The notes beneath the pieces are model-generated. The model was given only the letters and a program-made list of their open reading frames with translations. It was not told where the DNA came from and did not search any database. A stretch of DNA of 64,000 bases, taken from IMG/VR virus record IMGVR_UViG_3300031951_000001, positions 248,001-312,000 of that record, one strand, 5' to 3'. Shown here piece after piece: positions 43,401 through 50,384 of the stretch (positions within the stretch are counted from its first letter, which is position 1; each line of letters starts with the position of its first letter). The position numbers and the translations under genes were made by a program.

Positions 43401-45788
43401 GACCAATCCCAATCACCAGAGTGTATCACAGTTGAGTTTATACCTGTTACAAAAACACCGACTCCAACACCTACTAAAACTCCAACACCTACCGTGACTA
43501 TGACGATAACGCCAACTTCAGGTGCAACAGAAACACGGACTCCGACGCCGACTACCACTCAAACTTCAACACCAACAATAACATCTACGATTACTCCGAC
43601 AATAACGGCAACACCAACAAGAACGGCGACTCAAACACCAACAATAACAAGAACGGCGACTCAAACACCAACAATAACAAGAACGGCGACTCAAACACCG
43701 ACAATAACAAGAACGGCGACTCAAACACCGACAAGAACTGCGACACCAACAAGAACACCAACTAGAACGGCAACAAATACTCCATCGATTACCCCAACCA
43801 TAAGTATAACTCCAACAATAACCTCAAATTTACCATGTAAATGTTTTAATTTTTACAATACAAGTGATACGGTAAATGGTACTCTTATATACACTGCTTG
43901 TAATTTAACAGTTAGTTCTACAACGGTATCGGCTAATTCATTTGTACAATTGTGTGTAAATTTAAGCGGATATAGTGGGTCATCACAAATAACATTTGTT
44001 AACCAAGTTGGTTCATGTGTAAATGGTTTTTGTCCTAACATATCTATAAATTCTTGTGATTTGTTATCGGTTAAAAAAGAACCTTCTGGTCCGACTAATG
44101 GTCTTTGGCAGATTATGAGTATTAGAAACGAAAGTCTTTTGTATTTGCCGGTTTCTGGTAGAACTGTAGGAACCAACGCTTTAGCGAGAACGTCTAATAA
44201 AGTTTGGGTACTAGGATTTTTTACGGCATTAGGTGGTTCTAGAATAAGGGAATACTCAATTACCCAAAATCCTTGGTCTGCGGTGGTGACTAATAACTAT
44301 ACATTACCGACAAATTTGCCGTCTGTTATCGACAATGGTATGGCGGCAATCGATGATGAGAATTTTATTGTTGGGTCCGGAACTGCATTGAATGTTATTG
44401 CAAAATTAAATGTTTCAGGTGGAATTTTATCATCTACTAAAATTATAGATTTAATATCACCATTTACGGTTTTTGGTGACATGATTTATACTACAACCAA
44501 TAAAGTCATAGTTGCGGTTAAAAATACAATTAATACTAACATATGGCAAATTCACCAATATGATGTTAATGGGACTTTTGAACTGGCGGTAGACGTTTCA
44601 TCTATATCTTTATTTAATTCCGGAATAAATTTCGCGGTAGTTAATAACCAATTATATTTATTACCACATAATCAAACATATAATAATTATTATTTAATTA
44701 ATTTAAATAATCCTTACAATACCACAATTCAGTCGGCTCTTGGAGGTAGTGCCCCAAATGACGTTGCTCAAAATCCTGAATGTATTAATATTCAGTTTAT
44801 CCCTTCTACACAGACACCAACACCAACAAGAACAAAAACTCCGACACCAACAAGAACTCCAACAAGAAGTGCAACACCAACAAGAACTCCAACAAGAAGT
44901 GCAACACCAACAAGAACTCCAACAAGAAGTGCAACACCAACAAGAACTCCAACAAGAAGTGCAACACCAACAAGAACACCAACAATAACCATGAGTCCGT
45001 CGATTACACCAAGTCGAACAGTAACAATGACACCTTCATCTATTGGTATCTATACTCAACCATTGATGGTAAGTTTTTCTGGAACATCTACTGTAATATC
45101 AAGATACGATGTAACAACAAATACTATTACAACTTTAGATGTACAAAGTTCCGGTATTTTACCAAATCAAGATATTGCATGTACTCAAAATAAATTTTGG
45201 TTATCAAATCAGGGGTCTGGTAACATAATAAAAGAATATACTTATACCGCGTCACCTTTCAATTATGTGTTGAATAGAACTTTGAATATACCAGTTACAT
45301 TGACTGATGGATTAACTGTAAGGACTGTGGGAGGTATTGAATATTTGATTGGATGTACAGGTAATACAACTATTGTTGAAATGGATATATCATCAACAAC
45401 GGCCATAGTTACCGATAAATTTGATTTACCTCTTAACAGAACCATAGGTGCTGATATGATGTATACTAATACTGGAAAATTAATAGTTGCCAACTATTCA
45501 GGTGGTAATACAACAGTCGGATTTATGACGCAGTATAACTATGAAACAAATACTTTAGAGATTGATAGGGCATTACCAACTACTTATGCTGCTGGCGGTC
45601 AAAAAGTTTATTTTGTATCTAATAATAATATCTATAGTACTAGTATCTCTGCTAGTCTTTCGGTTGTTTATCAATGGAATACAGATAGTAATATTAACAA
45701 TCCACTTCCATTACAATCCTTCGAGTTACCACTACTTCGTGGAAGCGCTCAACCACAAGAATTCATAAACATTAATTTCACCTCATAA
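34440..45788 (+). CDS. Giant mucin-like modular surface/fibre protein (3782 aa)
   Basis: Uninterrupted ORF; seven ~235-aa repeated modules, multiple 6-Cys and CC modules, T/P linkers. Confidence 0.8.
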   Translation: MPTALIQSVNYAGQYGDITFNPQTGGTVSVGVQLLPFNYVADYVYGVYVVCFSAFSVCCEFNLLAPTPTPTATITKTPTITPTETVTPTKTPTPTITPTMTMTPTPSTIFCVDCVESGYTYVFSCAPTPSITRTPSVTPTITYTPTQTSTKTPTQTPTTTQTPTITKTSTQTPTITKTSTPTRTLTPTGTNPPSVPECAVIFNSLQNVFFYDVDTDTTTQLIVPDTVGSATNDIAHTSSKLWMASASEIYEWDITLSPFTAVFNRVITLPSGIGPGLGAINNTTLIAVQSGGNPKQVVSVNITTNTAVFTTLFPMLINRGVAGDIILTTTNKVIITTNATAAPFGQFITQYNFLNGDPEVDIQLNPTITQPWGIFQDNGEIYIMDGNETNNVFHIDKNYPYTITLTGDTGYSVYGASQLPNCLDVNFIPQITPTPTQTPTQTPTTTQTPTVTVTETITNTPTNTPTPTKTPVSCDCFEITAVGNNAVIDYFKCGSEGVSVRKLIEPARPFKVCLENSGVTTLSGVTQISNFGPCIDGECASPTPTPTVTQTPTNTLTPTITPTNTLTPTITPTETQTPTITSTSTQTPTSTQTITPTLTQSPTPTVTLTNTVTPTITETPTSTATQTPTTTTTQTPTSTETPTTTQTPTSTQTPTTTQTPTTTQTPTNTMTVTPTPVCIDGCSVLYVDSESLIYSYDYNTETSTVIFDPKATVRDIANTSSRLFITIVNRIQRYSFSTCPVSVTLIDEITRLFLGDGLFAINDTTLIITSTQAIGQENVQELNYITNTVTPKFSLPTGYSVRGDFILTTGGKFIVSMFQGLSNYILQYDYSTGEQEVLFQVSQIIAGFFEFGGNIYAVDTSGIVYQAILDSPWGLVSTTLDPLTFTGVIKGTSQELSCLPTNFNIVTPTPTPTQTPTPTVTVTETPTMTVTETPTQTETPTQTPTNTETPTQTSTPTPTPTLDCFCYTFVNTSLLDKQNVSGKDCNNINFEYSLQISGSEGDTVSLCASSSLVLDPFIAVFNNGVCEGFCGTSTPTPTPTETPTPTITDTPTQTPTITETNTQTPTQTPTNTVTETSTSTPTPTQTETPTNTVTSTPTNTVTSTPTITSTSTQTPTVTSTPTPSITEYKPAIRTFSGCCFPFEIFKLYEIPGLTANTITEGTVYYIESGVFSGCATNIAETFTQNNYLFVNISAQTSCSGCSASYPCPSSTPTPTVTSTPTVTPTITSTPTITSTPTQTETPTQTETPTQTQTSTVTSTPTESPTSTQTQTQTQTQTVTPTKTSTPTRTPIECVCYSITNIGEFFGSYNGILCNGGPSGGIPIGPGVTFTACYAKGSLQTVGGTLTFLENGSCENSILCPTRTPTPTRTGTPTPTPTTTETPTNTVTPTTTTTETPTSTSTQTPSVTNTITSTPTQTLCCTSWTLYGGLGQLLDNGFVIKPPLRVGDDFALIPTNVGSPGTLVGQVLELISVSPPLSPQYFTILTATFNPINSAYLLTFTPTLTINLGSTFQSIIYNIYQSGGTQFNVYNCGGSLTTLNLNNNEILVIPCSYDVQVISGFGYAESDPSCVCVTQTPTPTLTPTVTSTITQTPTNTVTVTQYTCNCYFINVPDIRDGVNLVFLDCLGSLISIAPNNFGNYCVREIIDYGSGTAELVGLCIDGNCPTPTPTPTQTETPTPTETPTQTITQTPTVTQTSTPTVTQTSTPTVTITESATQTQTPTPTETPTNTLTPTVTITESVTPTRTLTPTKTQAPCLSSCDVLLLDNVGRVYIYNSVTNSPLYLGIDGPDGSFDIAHTNNKIWLNRGTSLYEYDIILCPFSATFSREISGSTAFSAGLFAINDTTLIANNGATPSSILEIDVSTNPYTVTTKFSLLPGRRVSGDYVLTNSGKLIVSNFSGTNPNAPTGVYITQYNYITSATPPVDNNVDILISPTIVFPYGLYQYGGGFYILSANGTQYTLDLNPPYTLTAAPTVPLPPNTINAAYFGASQSNGCFDNNIVPVSPTPTSTPTPTPTPTATITQTPTITQTSTPTPTITSTVTQTPTQTQTPTSTITVTPTQTSTVTSTPTVTSTPTPTITEYKPAIRTFSGCCFPFETFKIFEIPGLTANSITEGTVYYIESVGFSGCATNIAETFTQNNYLFVNLSAQTSCSGCSTNYPCPSSTPTPTVTSTPTLTPTQTQTPTQTQTPTETSTQTPTETSTQTPTQTQTSTQTPTNTQTSTNTPTTTVTPTLTRTPDTCNCYTFFNISTSQSLTVDFIDCTGLQNQITINYGNSAQVCVKNNIFSGTPSGALVSFLNGDCTNGCPTTTIQACNPFVVNGTNRIIYTYDPITNTQIPLPINTESVSIYDIATNDNYLWIYGNFATLGNGIKEYFITTSPFTSSLNRFISGSTLYQSTRNGLAVLNNTTLITASGTAGNVIVSLNISSNTWVATPLFTLPTNRVLRGDLTYTNTGNIIALTYNNVAGTGSFLTQFDLFGNQELEFQIGNSVEGFGLFMYNSQIFTVASSSASPAVVRRDLNFPYTSLTVNNMTITNVGFAQPLSCLNVNFIGVTRTPTQTPTPTPTPTTTKTNTPTSTQTQTQTPTRTSTPTNTQTPTITSTSTITPTVTRTATITPTVTRTSTITPTVTRTSTITPTITQTATQTNTPTVTQTATVTQTATQTPTPTETSNLFACTCYNFFNTSNNQPGTVTYYNCDGVFSSVTVSATSYVQLCVSGNSTNPLYTATTQITAIDELGDCTVSCPTINLDSCISFLAGGPGNIIQSYDFQTNTTTFLPIPNRPWSMLGIANTSNKLWVHGTYLGFTSGGIREWDITFSPFSATYNGRTINIQSNTILPNSNACGLVAIDNFNLLSVSGATAGSQSVVNVDISDTITNNAVFTKLFDLPSNRRILTDLVFTQTGKIIIMTQTTTPVKIFITQYDILGNIEVDVPLFTSGIDANSGWSILINSNNLYIVRATTPGEIYQVNLTSPYSATLLSESLPVTVTDQSQSPECITVEFIPVTKTPTPTPTKTPTPTVTMTITPTSGATETRTPTPTTTQTSTPTITSTITPTITATPTRTATQTPTITRTATQTPTITRTATQTPTITRTATQTPTRTATPTRTPTRTATNTPSITPTISITPTITSNLPCKCFNFYNTSDTVNGTLIYTACNLTVSSTTVSANSFVQLCVNLSGYSGSSQITFVNQVGSCVNGFCPNISINSCDLLSVKKEPSGPTNGLWQIMSIRNESLLYLPVSGRTVGTNALARTSNKVWVLGFFTALGGSRIREYSITQNPWSAVVTNNYTLPTNLPSVIDNGMAAIDDENFIVGSGTALNVIAKLNVSGGILSSTKIIDLISPFTVFGDMIYTTTNKVIVAVKNTINTNIWQIHQYDVNGTFELAVDVSSISLFNSGINFAVVNNQLYLLPHNQTYNNYYLINLNNPYNTTIQSALGGSAPNDVAQNPECINIQFIPSTQTPTPTRTKTPTPTRTPTRSATPTRTPTRSATPTRTPTRSATPTRTPTRSATPTRTPTITMSPSITPSRTVTMTPSSIGIYTQPLMVSFSGTSTVISRYDVTTNTITTLDVQSSGILPNQDIACTQNKFWLSNQGSGNIIKEYTYTASPFNYVLNRTLNIPVTLTDGLTVRTVGGIEYLIGCTGNTTIVEMDISSTTAIVTDKFDLPLNRTIGADMMYTNTGKLIVANYSGGNTTVGFMTQYNYETNTLEIDRALPTTYAAGGQKVYFVSNNNIYSTSISASLSVVYQWNTDSNINNPLPLQSFELPLLRGSAQPQEFININFTS
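34758..34877 (+). repeat. 120-nt dispersed repeat, copy 2
   Basis: [26 protein letters not shown](K/R)[13 protein letters not shown]. Confidence 0.9.
37810..38070 (+). repeat. ~260-nt dispersed repeat (CC module), paired with ~40670-40930
   Basis: Both encode EYKPAIRTFSGCCFPFE...CPSSTP, with mostly third-position differences. Confidence 0.85.
42241..42346 (+). repeat. 30-nt tandem repeat x~3.5 (coding)
   Basis: Core ATTACTCCTACCGTTACAAGAA is identical in three units. Confidence 0.85.
43621..43733 (+). repeat. 30-nt tandem repeat x~3.8 (coding)
   Basis: GAACGGCGACTCAAACACC(A/G)ACAATAACAA. Confidence 0.9.
44851..44977 (+). repeat. Exact 30-nt tandem repeat x4 (coding)
   Basis: CAAGAACTCCAACAAGAAGTGCAACACCAA x4 plus a partial copy; encodes a 10-aa TRTPTRSATP unit. 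Confidence 0.95.
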
Positions 45789-45802
45789 ACCAAACCTAAA
45801 AC

Positions 45803-45810
45803 TATTTATA
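45803..45810 (+). promoter_or_regulatory. Putative late promoter motif TATTTAT
   Basis: TATTTATA upstream of 45827. Confidence 0.5.
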
Positions 45811-45826
45811 AATAAAATAAATCACA

Positions 45827-46156
45827 ATGTCATTTTCAGCATTAACATGTATGACTGTAACCGGAGCTTCTTTATCTCCGAACGCAACTATTCAGATTTT
45901 TTCTGATTATGATAATTTTTCAGTACCGTTTGATTCGGTTCCTCTGTCAGCAATAACAGGAAACCAATGTCCTTTTACTCTTACAGGAATACCGGATTTT
46001 ACGACAGTGATTTTATTAAGAGACCCGGCAACTGCTTGTTGTTTATACGTAACAATTATTTGTTGTGACTATAAACAATTCCAGCATGGACTATGTTTTG
46101 AATTTCAAGATTATCAACCATACTATTTCCAAGACCAATTCCAAGGTGGAGGATAA
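45827..46156 (+). CDS. Small Cys-containing putative virion protein
   Basis: 109-aa ORF with an upstream TATTTAT motif; aromatic/Gln tail KQFQHGLCFEFQDYQPYYFQ. Confidence 0.6.
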   Translation: MSFSALTCMTVTGASLSPNATIQIFSDYDNFSVPFDSVPLSAITGNQCPFTLTGIPDFTTVILLRDPATACCLYVTIICCDYKQFQHGLCFEFQDYQPYYFQDQFQGGG

Positions 46157-46174
46157 AATTATAATGTAAATAAC

Positions 46175-47227
46175 ATGTTTTTAACTGACAGACAACAAGC
46201 GGTAAGTGTTCTACCAACTGACTTAATACATATTGTAAAAACAGGTGATACCTCACAAGGAAACCCTGCTGGTTCATCATATAAAGCCGAAATTAATCAA
46301 ATATTTGAGCTTACCGCAGGATGTTGTTTAAGCTCCGCAACTTTTAATCAAGGAACAATTACTTTTAATAACGCTTCAGGAGGTACCGCATTTACCGTAA
46401 CAGGATTGTCATTTACTGGAGGTTCAGGTAATTGTATTAATAATTTGTATGTTAATAATATATGGCCATGTTCTGTTAATATTAATGTGCAACCGCAGAG
46501 CCAAGGAAAAGTTTTCTTTGGGGCTTTAAGTGGGGCCAGCGGATTCACAGTTGATTTAGTTACCGATACCACACCGGCTACAAGGTTAGGATTAAATACA
46601 AATACCCCTGAATATACATTAGACTTTTATAGTTTTGATAGACGAAGTAGATTATTTTATGATGATAGTAATGCGACAACTCCATCTTTACATAGTTTGA
46701 CATATTCAGGAGATTCATCATTATCAATCCAATATGGGGCATTCTCACAAGGAAGTTGGGGTATTGCTCTTACCGCAAGAGGTTTTAATAATCCAGACTA
46801 TGACTTTATAGGGGCTCAAGGAGAAACCGCATTGTTTTCATCAACCTATGCTAATGGAATAAACATTATAAGTCAAGTAACCCCTGATGAAACAGTAAGA
46901 GCCACAGAAGATTATATAAGATTTTATGCCGGTATCAGCCCTGTGGATGCAAATTACCAACCACACGTACATATTCAAGGAAGTGGGGCGACTAGAGGAT
47001 ATATGGGTATAGGTCAAGGGAATACGAGTCCAACTTCATTGGTCGACATAAGCGGAACGACCGGTTATGACCAATTAAGATTAAGAACGACCTACATACC
47101 AACAAGCGCTTCTGACCCTAATGGTAATGTTGGTGATATTTGTTGGGGTCTTGATGGTGCGACACCTTACATTTATTTGAAAACCAATACTGGTTGGGTA
47201 AGAGGATTTTTAGGTTCATTCTTCTAA
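46175..47227 (+). CDS. Putative fibre protein (paralogue A)
   Basis: Shares N- and C-terminal blocks with 47240..48361; C-terminal LRLRTTYIP...GDICW...YIYLKT..GWVR is typical of phage fibre ends. Confidence 0.6.
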   Translation: MFLTDRQQAVSVLPTDLIHIVKTGDTSQGNPAGSSYKAEINQIFELTAGCCLSSATFNQGTITFNNASGGTAFTVTGLSFTGGSGNCINNLYVNNIWPCSVNINVQPQSQGKVFFGALSGASGFTVDLVTDTTPATRLGLNTNTPEYTLDFYSFDRRSRLFYDDSNATTPSLHSLTYSGDSSLSIQYGAFSQGSWGIALTARGFNNPDYDFIGAQGETALFSSTYANGINIISQVTPDETVRATEDYIRFYAGISPVDANYQPHVHIQGSGATRGYMGIGQGNTSPTSLVDISGTTGYDQLRLRTTYIPTSASDPNGNVGDICWGLDGATPYIYLKTNTGWVRGFLGSFF

Positions 47228-47239
47228 TTTAATAAAATT

Positions 47240-48361
47240 ATGGCAATACTAACAGAACAAATAAAGGCTAATACGGTTGAGTTAAATGATATAGTTCATA
47301 TCGCAAGAGATGACCAATTCCAAAGTGAAAACGGCTCATCTTATAAAGTAACTATTGCTCAACTTATAGATGCAGAGGCATGTTGTTTGACTGGCGGAGA
47401 ATATGTTCCATCGGCCAATACTATAAATTTATTTGGTCAGTCAGGTTCACTGTCATTACAAATACAAAACGTAAGTATTTTTAGCGGAGGGTCTAATAGT
47501 TGCATAACTAATTTATATCTTAATAACGTACATCCATGTGTCGAAAATATCAATATACAACCGATTGCAATAAACAATGCACGAACTTATTTTGGTAGAC
47601 TTTCCGGAATTTCGGGATTTACTGTATTCCACACAACCCAAGCTAACAACAACGAAAACGGAGGTATTTTATTTAACTGTACAAAACTAATTCTAAATAC
47701 TAATACAATTGACACCCCGGTTAGTTTTAGTTTTTTGAGCAAAAATAGAAGGTCTGGTTGGTATTTTTATGATAATTTCTCACAAGGTACTTTTAAAGAT
47801 GTTCAGGAGCCATTAATGAATAGCCCCAACAATAGTAACTCAACTGCAATGGCCGTAATAACACCTGGTTTGGATAGTAGTAATAAAGTTGGTGCGGTCA
47901 TGGGAATTGTAGGTCAGTTTGACAATACTTTGGGATATTATGGAGAGGCCTCAGATTCTTTTTTATCGACAACAACACACTCTAATGGTTTGAATATAAT
48001 ATCAACAGCGTTAGATGGTACAGGATTTATAAGATTTTATTTGGGATGTGATTATAATTCCTGTGCCGGACCCCAAGAAGATTACCCAACTCCGCATATT
48101 CATATAGATGGTAATCCGGGTACTAAAGGTTTTATAGGTTTTGGGCTTAAAAATTTATCACCAACTTCATTAGTTGACATTAACGGTGTAAATGCTAATA
48201 GACAAACTTCTGGATTTCGTAACTTACGATTGAGAACATCTTATACCCCACCAACTTTTGAAATTAATATACCTGTTGGAACTGTGTGTTGGGATAGTGA
48301 AGGAATTTATATAAAAATTAGTCTTGCGGTTTGGAGAAGATTCGCAATGGCTCCTTGGTAA
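47240..48361 (+). CDS. Putative fibre protein (paralogue B)
   Basis: GSSYK, CCL, SGGSNSCITNLYLNN.HPC..NINIQP, SPTSLVDING and LRLRTSYTP are shared with the upstream gene. Confidence 0.6.
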   Translation: MAILTEQIKANTVELNDIVHIARDDQFQSENGSSYKVTIAQLIDAEACCLTGGEYVPSANTINLFGQSGSLSLQIQNVSIFSGGSNSCITNLYLNNVHPCVENINIQPIAINNARTYFGRLSGISGFTVFHTTQANNNENGGILFNCTKLILNTNTIDTPVSFSFLSKNRRSGWYFYDNFSQGTFKDVQEPLMNSPNNSNSTAMAVITPGLDSSNKVGAVMGIVGQFDNTLGYYGEASDSFLSTTTHSNGLNIISTALDGTGFIRFYLGCDYNSCAGPQEDYPTPHIHIDGNPGTKGFIGFGLKNLSPTSLVDINGVNANRQTSGFRNLRLRTSYTPPTFEINIPVGTVCWDSEGIYIKISLAVWRRFAMAPW

Positions 48362-48363
48362 TA

Positions 48364-48396
48364 TTTGATTATGAAGTTTTTTTCACCTAACTTTTG
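48364..48396 (+). promoter_or_regulatory. Near-consensus Bacteroidota-type promoter for the gp47/gp46 operon
   Basis: TTTG (48364-67), 20-nt spacer, TAACTTTTG (one mismatch). Confidence 0.5.
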
Positions 48397-48407
48397 AAAA
48401 AAAAGTT

Positions 48408-48623
48408 ATGGAAGATTTATCACCAAAAATTGATTTGAAAGGACAACCCACCGAAGTTTGTGAAAGCTGTAGTAATGAATATTTTAAGGAAGTGGTTCTA
48501 ATCAAAAGAGTATCAAAACTATACACAGGTAGTTCTGAAGACACTCTTGTTCCTTTTCCCACCTATATGTGTGGTAAATGTGGTCACGTAAATAAAGACT
48601 TCGCATTGTTTGAAAAAGATTAA
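48408..48623 (+). CDS. Small zinc-ribbon protein
   Basis: CESC and CGKC pairs in 71 aa. Confidence 0.65.
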   Translation: MEDLSPKIDLKGQPTEVCESCSNEYFKEVVLIKRVSKLYTGSSEDTLVPFPTYMCGKCGHVNKDFALFEKD

Positions 48624-48624
48624 C

Positions 48625-49404
48625 ATGATTAAAAAACTAATTCACTTCAGTGACCTACACGTTAGGTTATTCAAAGACCACGACCTGTATCGTAAGATAA
48701 TGGTTGATGCGTTTGAGCAATGGGAACAAATCGCTCCTGACCGAATTGTTTTCACTGGTGACCTTGTACATTCTAAAAATCAAATGACACCAGAGCTCGT
48801 TGAGTTTGTTGCTTGGGTGCTGACAGAGTGTTCAAAGATTGCTAAAACAATATTGATACCCGGCAACCACGATTTCCTTGAAAACAATATGGAAAGATTG
48901 GATGCTTTGACACCTGTGGTTGATTCACTTCGTAATGATAATATTATTTATTACAAGAACAGAGGTGTTTATAAAGATGAAAATATTGATTGGTGTGTTT
49001 ACTCACTTATGGACCACAACATACCACCAGACATTGAAAAATCGGATAGGGTAAAGATTGGTTTGTTTCATGGACCGGTACAAGGACTTACTACCAATTT
49101 GGGATTTAAGTTTGAGGACGGGTTTGAGGCATCTAAATTTGAGGGTTGTGACCTTGTTTTGTGTGGAGACATACATAAGCGTCAGATATTCGATATACCT
49201 GGTAATAAGAAGGCGTACATGATTGGCTCAACCATTTGTCAGAACTATGGTGAAACAATTACTAAACACGGGTATGGTATTTATGACGTTGAAAAAGATG
49301 AATATCTCACCGTAGATTTGGTTAATCCAAGACCATTTTTATCATTTAGAATTAACTCATTTGAAGAATTAGAACATGGAACAGAAAAGCTCGTTAATTA
49401 TTGA
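48625..49404 (+). CDS. sbcD: gp47/SbcD/Mre11-like metallophosphoesterase nuclease
   Basis: HFSDLH, FTGDLVH, IPGNHD, LFHG and LCGDIHK motifs; start set to ATG 48625. Confidence 0.88.
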   Translation: MIKKLIHFSDLHVRLFKDHDLYRKIMVDAFEQWEQIAPDRIVFTGDLVHSKNQMTPELVEFVAWVLTECSKIAKTILIPGNHDFLENNMERLDALTPVVDSLRNDNIIYYKNRGVYKDENIDWCVYSLMDHNIPPDIEKSDRVKIGLFHGPVQGLTTNLGFKFEDGFEASKFEGCDLVLCGDIHKRQIFDIPGNKKAYMIGSTICQNYGETITKHGYGIYDVEKDEYLTVDLVNPRPFLSFRINSFEELEHGTEKLVNY

Positions 49405-49828
49405 GTTAAGTAATCAAGACCATAATGATTTGATGTCATTCTGTAAATTGAATGACATTGAAATGGTCGATGATTTTGCTAAACTTTGTTTTCGTAAAGG
49501 TTATTATATAGAGAAGTACGGGTTATTGAATCAAGGACAACTACCTGATATTATCGAGAGAGAACTTGAGAAGAAGGTTATTGTTGAGGATAGTTCTAAA
49601 ATTGAAGAACTACAGAATGAGATTTACGTGCTCAAGGGAAAACTTGAAAATCAAAAAGAAGTTGAATGTGGGAAACTTCAACAATCACTCATGGAATTGA
49701 ATCGACAAATTGGTGACAAAAACAAAGAAATAGAAAATTTAAACAAAAAGATAGACGAGCTTGAGAATCTCACAAAAACTTCTTATGCTTTTTATCTAAA
49801 AAATTCAAATATAAAAGAAAGATTATGA
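49376..49828 (+). CDS. Hypothetical coiled-coil protein
   Basis: 150-aa ORF overlapping both neighbours, with a heptad-rich C-terminal half. Confidence 0.6.
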   Translation: MEQKSSLIIELSNQDHNDLMSFCKLNDIEMVDDFAKLCFRKGYYIEKYGLLNQGQLPDIIERELEKKVIVEDSSKIEELQNEIYVLKGKLENQKEVECGKLQQSLMELNRQIGDKNKEIENLNKKIDELENLTKTSYAFYLKNSNIKERL

Positions 49829-50175
49829 TGACTTATTTAATTGCATGGTTTGTGTTGGCGTACGGATTCACCAACATTATGGTTTATGGTAGTATATTTG
49901 CCGGAATGAGAAAAAGAATTGAGTTAATTGGAAACTCTCATATTCCCGGTATAGCACCAATTTTTTCATTCATATCTGGCATATTGTCATGTATGATGTG
50001 TTGTTCTACTTGGGTAGGTTTCTTTTTGGGATTGTTCATATTTTCTCCCTCATACTATTTTTTGGGAGCATCGCCTTTCGTATCTTGGTTCTTTGATGGA
50101 TTGATGGCGTCAGGTGCGGTGTGGGCAATCAACAGTGTTATAGAATGGTTTGAAGAAAACCGACCAGCAAAGTAA
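49825..50175 (+). CDS. Small membrane protein, DUF1360-like
   Basis: Three hydrophobic segments and GILSCMMCCSTWVG (LSCxxC...W pattern). Confidence 0.55.
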   Translation: MMTYLIAWFVLAYGFTNIMVYGSIFAGMRKRIELIGNSHIPGIAPIFSFISGILSCMMCCSTWVGFFLGLFIFSPSYYFLGASPFVSWFFDGLMASGAVWAINSVIEWFEENRPAK

Positions 50176-50194
50176 TTTTTAAAATTTATATATT

Positions 50195-50383
50195 ATGCCA
50201 AAGTCAAGAAACAGAAAGAACCACAAACAGAAGGTTCAAAATCGTAACAACATGATTAAAGGAATTCGTCGTAAAATGGAAACCGAATACACCGAAATGC
50301 TTTCCAAGAAATTTGCGGAAATGCAAAGTGAAATGTCGGCAATGACCGAAGTAGAAGAGGCGACTGTTGTGACACAACAATAA
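50195..50383 (+). CDS. Small protein with a basic N-terminus
   Basis: 62-aa ORF filling the gap: MPKSRNRKNHKQKV. Confidence 0.6.
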   Translation: MPKSRNRKNHKQKVQNRNNMIKGIRRKMETEYTEMLSKKFAEMQSEMSAMTEVEEATVVTQQ

Positions 50384-50384
50384 A

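Noticed and set aside
43621-44977. 30-nt direct repeats as a possible CRISPR array
   Set aside because: The units are contiguous with no spacers, lie in frame inside a CDS, and no cas genes are nearby.
30049-44992. Many minus-strand Val/Gly-rich or Cys/Trp-rich ORFs and plus-strand Gln/His-rich alternative-frame ORFs (e.g. 44740..44988)
   Set aside because: They are shadows of the ACN/CCN codon repeats encoding the Thr/Pro linkers and have no independent starts or motifs.
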